Shown piece by piece: positions 59,643 through 64,000 of a DNA stretch of 64,000 nucleotides. The position numbers and the translations under genes are program-made. Where the stretch lies: NCBI GenBank assembly GCA_036488585.1, contig DASXHH010000005.1, forward strand, positions 7,147 to 71,146, written 5' to 3'. Within the stretch, counting starts at the first letter, position 1. Every line of letters starts with the position of its first letter. This DNA comes from Candidatus Saccharimonadia bacterium. GTDB taxonomy: Bacteria; Patescibacteriota; Saccharimonadia; UBA4664. The notes beneath the pieces are model-generated. The model made no database searches. It was given only the letters and a program-made list of their open reading frames with translations, and was not told where the DNA came from.

Positions 59643-59658
59643 AGTTTTATTGTAACTG

Positions 59659-59687
59659 AAACGGACGGCATTTCTGCCGTCCGTTTT
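59659..59687. terminator. Terminator after nrdJ
   Basis: AAACGGACGGCA-TTTC-TGCCGTCCGTTT. Confidence 0.75.
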
Positions 59688-59712
59688 GTTGGAGCCTTTT
59701 TACGTTATAGGC

Positions 59713-62427
59713 TTAGCACTTCGAGAAGCCGCAAATCTCGCATTTCTGGCATCCCTCGATGAACCGCAGACTCGCGTTGCCGCAATCCGGGCACATGTCA
59801 GCCAGGTTGGCCGAAGAGCTGGTGGACCCGGTCGCCACCGGCTGGCTCGCGGGGGTGAGGGCGCCGGCCGCTCCCGCCGCCGCCTCGGCCGCCTGCGCTC
59901 CATCGCCACCGCTGGCCAGTACGCTCGCCGCTGCACCCACGGCCGCCAGTTGAGCCTCCTGGGCGGTGCGCTCACCACTGTTCTTGGCTGCTTCGTGCTG
60001 GCGGATAGCCTTAGAAACCGCGTCGGCCAGCGAGCGTACTCGGTGTTGTCCGAACCCGGCCGAGCCAGAGCCGCCAATGCCAGCCAGCTGGTCGGCCACG
60101 TTCTGCGCGATCCGGTCGCTCGAGTACAGGGTGGGGATCCGGAACGACAGCGAGATCAGGCGTCCGATTGCCTCGGCGTCGGCCGTAATGTCCGAGCCGG
60201 CGCGTCCTAGGTTAATGAACACCTCAAAGATGTTGCCCTCGCCGTCCTCGTTAATCGAGATGTAGGCCGTACCCACGGGTGTGGTGATCCGGTAGGTGTA
60301 GCCGTGTAGCACTGCCGGCCGTTGCTTCATCTCTACCGGCACACCTGCCAGTGCCTTCTCGCCCTCACCAGCCTTAATCTTCTTGCCAGCCAGTTGGTCG
60401 TAGTATGAACCTTCTTTCTTGGTCTCGAGCACCTGCTTTTCGCGGCTTCCATCACGGTAGATCGTGATGCCCTTGCAGCCTGTCTCGTAAACTTGCCAGT
60501 AGGCGTCGCGTACGTCCTGCACTGTCGCTTCGTTATTGAAGTTGATGGTCTTAGAGATGGCATTGTCTACGTACCTCTGGAAAGCCGCCTGCATGTTGAT
60601 GTGCTGCTCGGGAGTAATATCGCCTGCCACCACGAACGTCCGGCGCATGTCTTCAGGCAGTTCGGCCATGTTCTGAATGGAGCCGCGGTTAGCCGACACC
60701 TTCTCCAGCAATTCCTCACTGTACAAACCCCGCTCCTTGAGTGTCTTTTCGAAGTAACGGCTGGTGTAGAACATTCGCTTGCCCTCGATAGTGTTCTTGG
60801 CGAAGGTCAGGGCAAAGATCGGCTCACAACCGCTCGAGCAATCGGCCAGCTGAGCCGTCGTACCCGTCGGCGCGATGGTGGTGCGGGCGCCGTTGCGCGG
60901 GCGGATCTCGCCCGGCTTGTCGTAGATAGAGCCCTTGAAGGCCGGGAATACGCCCCTCACGCGGGCTAGATCCACCGAGGCCACGTCCGACTCCTTCTGG
61001 ATGAACTTCATCATCCGCTCGGCCACGTCGGTACCTTCTTTGGTGTTGTAGCCAATCCCCATCGATAGCAGTGCGTCGGCAAAGCCCATAATGCCCAGCC
61101 CAATGCGGCGAATAGCACGGGTTGTTACGCGCACCTGCTCAATCGGGTACTCGTTCATGTCGAGCACATCATCCAGGAACCTGGTGCCCAGGTGCACCAT
61201 TGTGCGCAAGCGGTCCCAATCGAAATCGGTGCCAGCCTCGTTCACAAACTTGCTGACGTTAATCTGGCCCAGCGTACAGGCGTCGTAGGGGAGTAGCGGC
61301 TGCTCACCACACGGGTTGGTAGCCTCAATCTGGCCCAGCTGCGGCGTGGGGTTAGCGCGTGAGTTGTTTATGCGATCTATCAAGATCATGCCCGGATCAC
61401 CGTACTGCCAGGCTAGACGGGTAATTAGATCGTAAACCTTCTTGGCGTTCAGCCGGCCAACTTCCTTGCCAGAGTGCGGATTAATTAGGGCGTAACCACG
61501 CTCCGGATCGGTCTCAATGGTCCATTCGCGCAGGCGCTTCACAGCCGCGTCTAACCGCACCAGCTTCAGGTCGAGGTCACGGGTACGGTGCGCCTCTTTC
61601 ACTTCGGCGATCACGTCATCAAATGGGAACTCGTCCTCGTAATTCTCGGGCAAGAACTTCGCGTCGCGCTTTACGGCCTCGTAGAACTTCTCGTCCACCG
61701 TCACCGAAATGTTGAAGTTCGTCAGTGAAAACTCGTCCACCTTATACACTGCGAACAACAAAATGTCCGGATGAGTGTAGTGCAAAATGCCCATGTTGGC
61801 GCCGCGCCGTACCCCGCCCTGGCGGATCTGCGAGGTAATGTCGTTGTATGCCTGCATAAATGCGATCGGGCCGGTGGTAGTACCGCCGCTCGAGGCAATT
61901 ACATCACCCTTGGGGCGCAGCCGGGTGAAGGAGAAGCCGGTACCGCCGCCGCTGCGGTGAATTCGGGCCATATCCATAGCCGAATCCAGAATTCCCTCTA
62001 GATCATCTTCCACTGGCAACACGAAGCATGCCGACAGCTGCTGGTTGGGCTTGCCGGCGTTGAGCATGGTGGGGGTGTTAGCCACAAATTCCTGGCGCGC
62101 CATCGTGCCATAGAATGCCCGCGCCATCTCCACATGGGCCTCTGTTGGGTTTTCGCTATACAGCCGCTCAGCGGTAGCGATGTTGTAGCAAATGCGCCAC
62201 AGCATTTCTTTGGGAGTCTCGATCGGGTTGCCTTGCTTATCGCGGAAGGCGTAGCGGGTGCGCCCAATGTACCAGGCGTTTTCGCTAAAATCAGGATCCG
62301 GCAAATCTTCGGGCATCGGCGCGATCTTCTTGCCGATCACGTAGAGTTCCTCGAGCCGCTCGCGGTCCTCTGGCGTTTCTGCCTCGATGTTGTTAGCTAA
62401 TAATGCTTGCGGCGTGCTCATGGCCAC
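59713..62427 (-). CDS. nrdJ: Class II (adenosylcobalamin-dependent) ribonucleotide reductase with C-terminal TSCPD and Zn-ribbon
   Basis: QLSACFV, RRGANM, ATNPCGEQ, TIAPTGT, KGITIYRDGS and C-terminal CPDCG..GC..C..CGFSKC. Confidence 0.95.
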   Translation of the reverse strand: MAMSTPQALLANNIEAETPEDRERLEELYVIGKKIAPMPEDLPDPDFSENAWYIGRTRYAFRDKQGNPIETPKEMLWRICYNIATAERLYSENPTEAHVEMARAFYGTMARQEFVANTPTMLNAGKPNQQLSACFVLPVEDDLEGILDSAMDMARIHRSGGGTGFSFTRLRPKGDVIASSGGTTTGPIAFMQAYNDITSQIRQGGVRRGANMGILHYTHPDILLFAVYKVDEFSLTNFNISVTVDEKFYEAVKRDAKFLPENYEDEFPFDDVIAEVKEAHRTRDLDLKLVRLDAAVKRLREWTIETDPERGYALINPHSGKEVGRLNAKKVYDLITRLAWQYGDPGMILIDRINNSRANPTPQLGQIEATNPCGEQPLLPYDACTLGQINVSKFVNEAGTDFDWDRLRTMVHLGTRFLDDVLDMNEYPIEQVRVTTRAIRRIGLGIMGFADALLSMGIGYNTKEGTDVAERMMKFIQKESDVASVDLARVRGVFPAFKGSIYDKPGEIRPRNGARTTIAPTGTTAQLADCSSGCEPIFALTFAKNTIEGKRMFYTSRYFEKTLKERGLYSEELLEKVSANRGSIQNMAELPEDMRRTFVVAGDITPEQHINMQAAFQRYVDNAISKTINFNNEATVQDVRDAYWQVYETGCKGITIYRDGSREKQVLETKKEGSYYDQLAGKKIKAGEGEKALAGVPVEMKQRPAVLHGYTYRITTPVGTAYISINEDGEGNIFEVFINLGRAGSDITADAEAIGRLISLSFRIPTLYSSDRIAQNVADQLAGIGGSGSAGFGQHRVRSLADAVSKAIRQHEAAKNSGERTAQEAQLAAVGAAASVLASGGDGAQAAEAAAGAAGALTPASQPVATGSTSSSANLADMCPDCGNASLRFIEGCQKCEICGFSKC

Positions 62428-62525
62428 GTAATCCCCTTCTTATGTTTTTTTACTTTCGAGTCTCCAAGACCGCGCACGACCGCGTCCCCCGGTTTCTCAC
62501 AATCTACACACTCGTAATCTCGCGA

Positions 62526-63014
62526 CTACTGCTTGTGCTCTACCTTATCACTTCTGGTCTGCAAGTGGCTATTTAGGAGTTGCTTCACCTCGTCCTCAAA
62601 CGCGCTGACGTCGCTGAAGTCGCGGTACACGCTGGTAAACCTGATGTAGGCAACATGATCTAGAGCCTTCAGGTGCTCCATCACTAGAGCCCCAATCAGC
62701 TGGGCCGGCACCTCGCGCCGTTTGGCCGAGCGCAGATCCGCCTCAATCTGCTCCACCATCTGGTCCACCTGGGCGTCCGTTACCGGGCGCTTGGTGATGG
62801 CGAGAGCAATGCCGCGCCGGAGCTTGTCGGGATTAAACGTCTCCCTCCGGCCGTCGTGCTTGGTCACCACCAGGTCCATCTGCTCCACGCGCTCGTAGGT
62901 CGTGAAGCGCTGATGACAGCCGAGACATTCTCGGCGACGGCGCGTGGAAGTAGCGTCGCTTTCACGCTTATCCACAACCTTCGTATCGCAGTGTTCGCAG
63001 AATGGGCAAACCAC
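62526..63014 (-). CDS. nrdR: Transcriptional repressor NrdR
   Basis: CPFC, RRRREC..C..RFTTYE, ATP cone and VAYIRF.SVYR motifs. Confidence 0.96.
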   Translation of the reverse strand: MVCPFCEHCDTKVVDKRESDATSTRRRRECLGCHQRFTTYERVEQMDLVVTKHDGRRETFNPDKLRRGIALAITKRPVTDAQVDQMVEQIEADLRSAKRREVPAQLIGALVMEHLKALDHVAYIRFTSVYRDFSDVSAFEDEVKQLLNSHLQTRSDKVEHKQ

Positions 63015-63063
63015 TGTGTATTCCTTTCCGTGCTAGTTTTGCACAATATTTTTAGTTGCTGCA

Positions 63064-63111
63064 CCACAACGAGTTGTGTTACGTTAGCATTATGGACGCT
63101 ACATATTGTGG
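63064..63111. promoter_or_regulatory. Tandem NrdR boxes over the nrdR-nrdJ promoter
   Basis: CCACAACGAGTTGTGT (63064-63079) and ACGCTACATATTGTGG (63096-63111), 32 bp apart; minus-strand TTGACG..CATAAT promoter. Confidence 0.8.
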
Positions 63112-63279
63112 CCGTCAACATTAAAAGCACAAACGAATTCAAACCAAAAAACTCTGGTAAAGAACCGCTTAAGGTAGTTATAGTGTTCTTACTACGCGGA
63201 GGTGGAGCCAGTAGGGGGTAGGCGAATCCTCTATTTATTTCGCTCTAAATTTGGCACGCACTAAAAGGAGGCACCAAAA

Positions 63280-63600
63280 ATGATTAAAACGATCGACAAA
63301 ACTACTTTCGATGGCACTGTCCTTAAATCCGACAAGCCGGTACTGGTAGATCTATGGGCCGAATGGTGCCAGCCCTGCCGCGCCATGGAACCGACCATTG
63401 AGGCAGTGGCCAAGGAGTTTGAAGGCAAAGTTACCGTTGCCAAGCTCAATGTCGACGAAAACCCGGAGCTCGCTCAGCAGCTCGACGTTATGAGTATTCC
63501 CACCATGATGTTGTTTAAAAACGGCCAACCCGTGAACCGTCTCGTGGGCCTGTCCACCAAAGAACGCTTAACCGGCGCCATCTCGGCGGCCCTGGCCTAA
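63280..63600 (+). CDS. trxA: Thioredoxin
   Basis: WAEWCQPC active site and SIPT; SD AAGGAGG. Confidence 0.95.
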   Translation: MIKTIDKTTFDGTVLKSDKPVLVDLWAEWCQPCRAMEPTIEAVAKEFEGKVTVAKLNVDENPELAQQLDVMSIPTMMLFKNGQPVNRLVGLSTKERLTGAISAALA

Positions 63601-63621
63601 AGAAAGGAATCGGTCTCGAGC

Positions 63622-64000
63622 ATGAGCGACACCCGCAACGTCATCATCATCGGCTCCGGCCCGGCTGGCCTCACTGCCGCTATCTACGCCGCCCGCGCCA
63701 ATCTCAAGCCCCTGTTGCTTGAAGGCGAGCCCATGGGTGCTGGCGACCAACCCGGCGGACAACTCATGAACACGACCGAGATCGAGAACTTCCCCGGCGC
63801 CATCGGTCTCCAGGGCCCCGAGCTCATGGCCAAAATCCGCGAGCAAGCCGTCACATTTGGTGCCAACATCGCCTCCCAGCGTGTCACCAAGGTCGACTTC
63901 AGTGTCCGGCCATTCGGCGTCTGGGTTGGCGACCAAGAATACCGCGCCGAAACGATCATAGTGGCCACGGGCGCTAAGCCGCTCATGCTCGGCCTCGATG
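63622..64000 (+). CDS. trxB: Thioredoxin reductase (runs off the window)
   Basis: IIIGSGPAGLTAAIYAAR, PGGQL..T.IENFPG and ATGA motifs. Confidence 0.93.
   Translation, partial: MSDTRNVIIIGSGPAGLTAAIYAARANLKPLLLEGEPMGAGDQPGGQLMNTTEIENFPGAIGLQGPELMAKIREQAVTFGANIASQRVTKVDFSVRPFGVWVGDQEYRAETIIVATGAKPLMLGLD

Noticed and set aside
61490-61690. Extra ~60-aa segment in NrdJ considered as an intein
   Set aside because: No Cys/Ser start, His-Asn end or endonuclease motifs; it looks like a helical insertion.
1-64000. CRISPR arrays, rRNA, transposases, prophage genes, alternative genetic code
   Set aside because: No regularly spaced repeats or recognisable motifs were seen; TGA terminates conserved genes such as grpE and tsaE, so code 25 is not indicated.

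Overview
This is a 64 kb chromosomal segment of a GC-rich bacterium with a standard genetic code (TGA is used as stop). Gene content and compact protein forms point to Patescibacteria/CPR, most likely Saccharimonadia; this is inferred from the short HrcA and TsaB, a type IV pilus locus with no secretin in the window, and a VirB2-like pilin. Housekeeping blocks are murJ/ddl/lepA; hrcA-grpE-dnaK...dnaJ with three CIRCE operators; yebC-ruvC-[inverted glycogen cluster]-ruvAB; a type IV pilus locus; tsaE-tsaB-rny-ymdB-hup; five tRNAs; and nrdR-nrdJ-cobO with NrdR boxes next to trxA-trxB. The most striking unexplained structure is a set of integrase-less gene islets at tRNA 3' ends: two in tandem at tRNA-His and one at tRNA-Lys. 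Each closes with a 9-bp copy of the tRNA 3' end. In the two His islets this copy is preceded by an 88-bp segment conserved as a start-less antisense peptide (WGELxLxxRT...IxAxVNDxRxxSVL), which suggests the severed C-terminus of a recombinase whose attP lies inside its own gene. Other highlights are a secreted three-repeat Asn/Gly/Ser amyloid-like protein inside the pilus locus, a kinase plus PHP phosphoesterase embedded in the glycogen cluster, and pervasive leaderless promoter architecture. All calls come from reading the sequence; no database searches were run.
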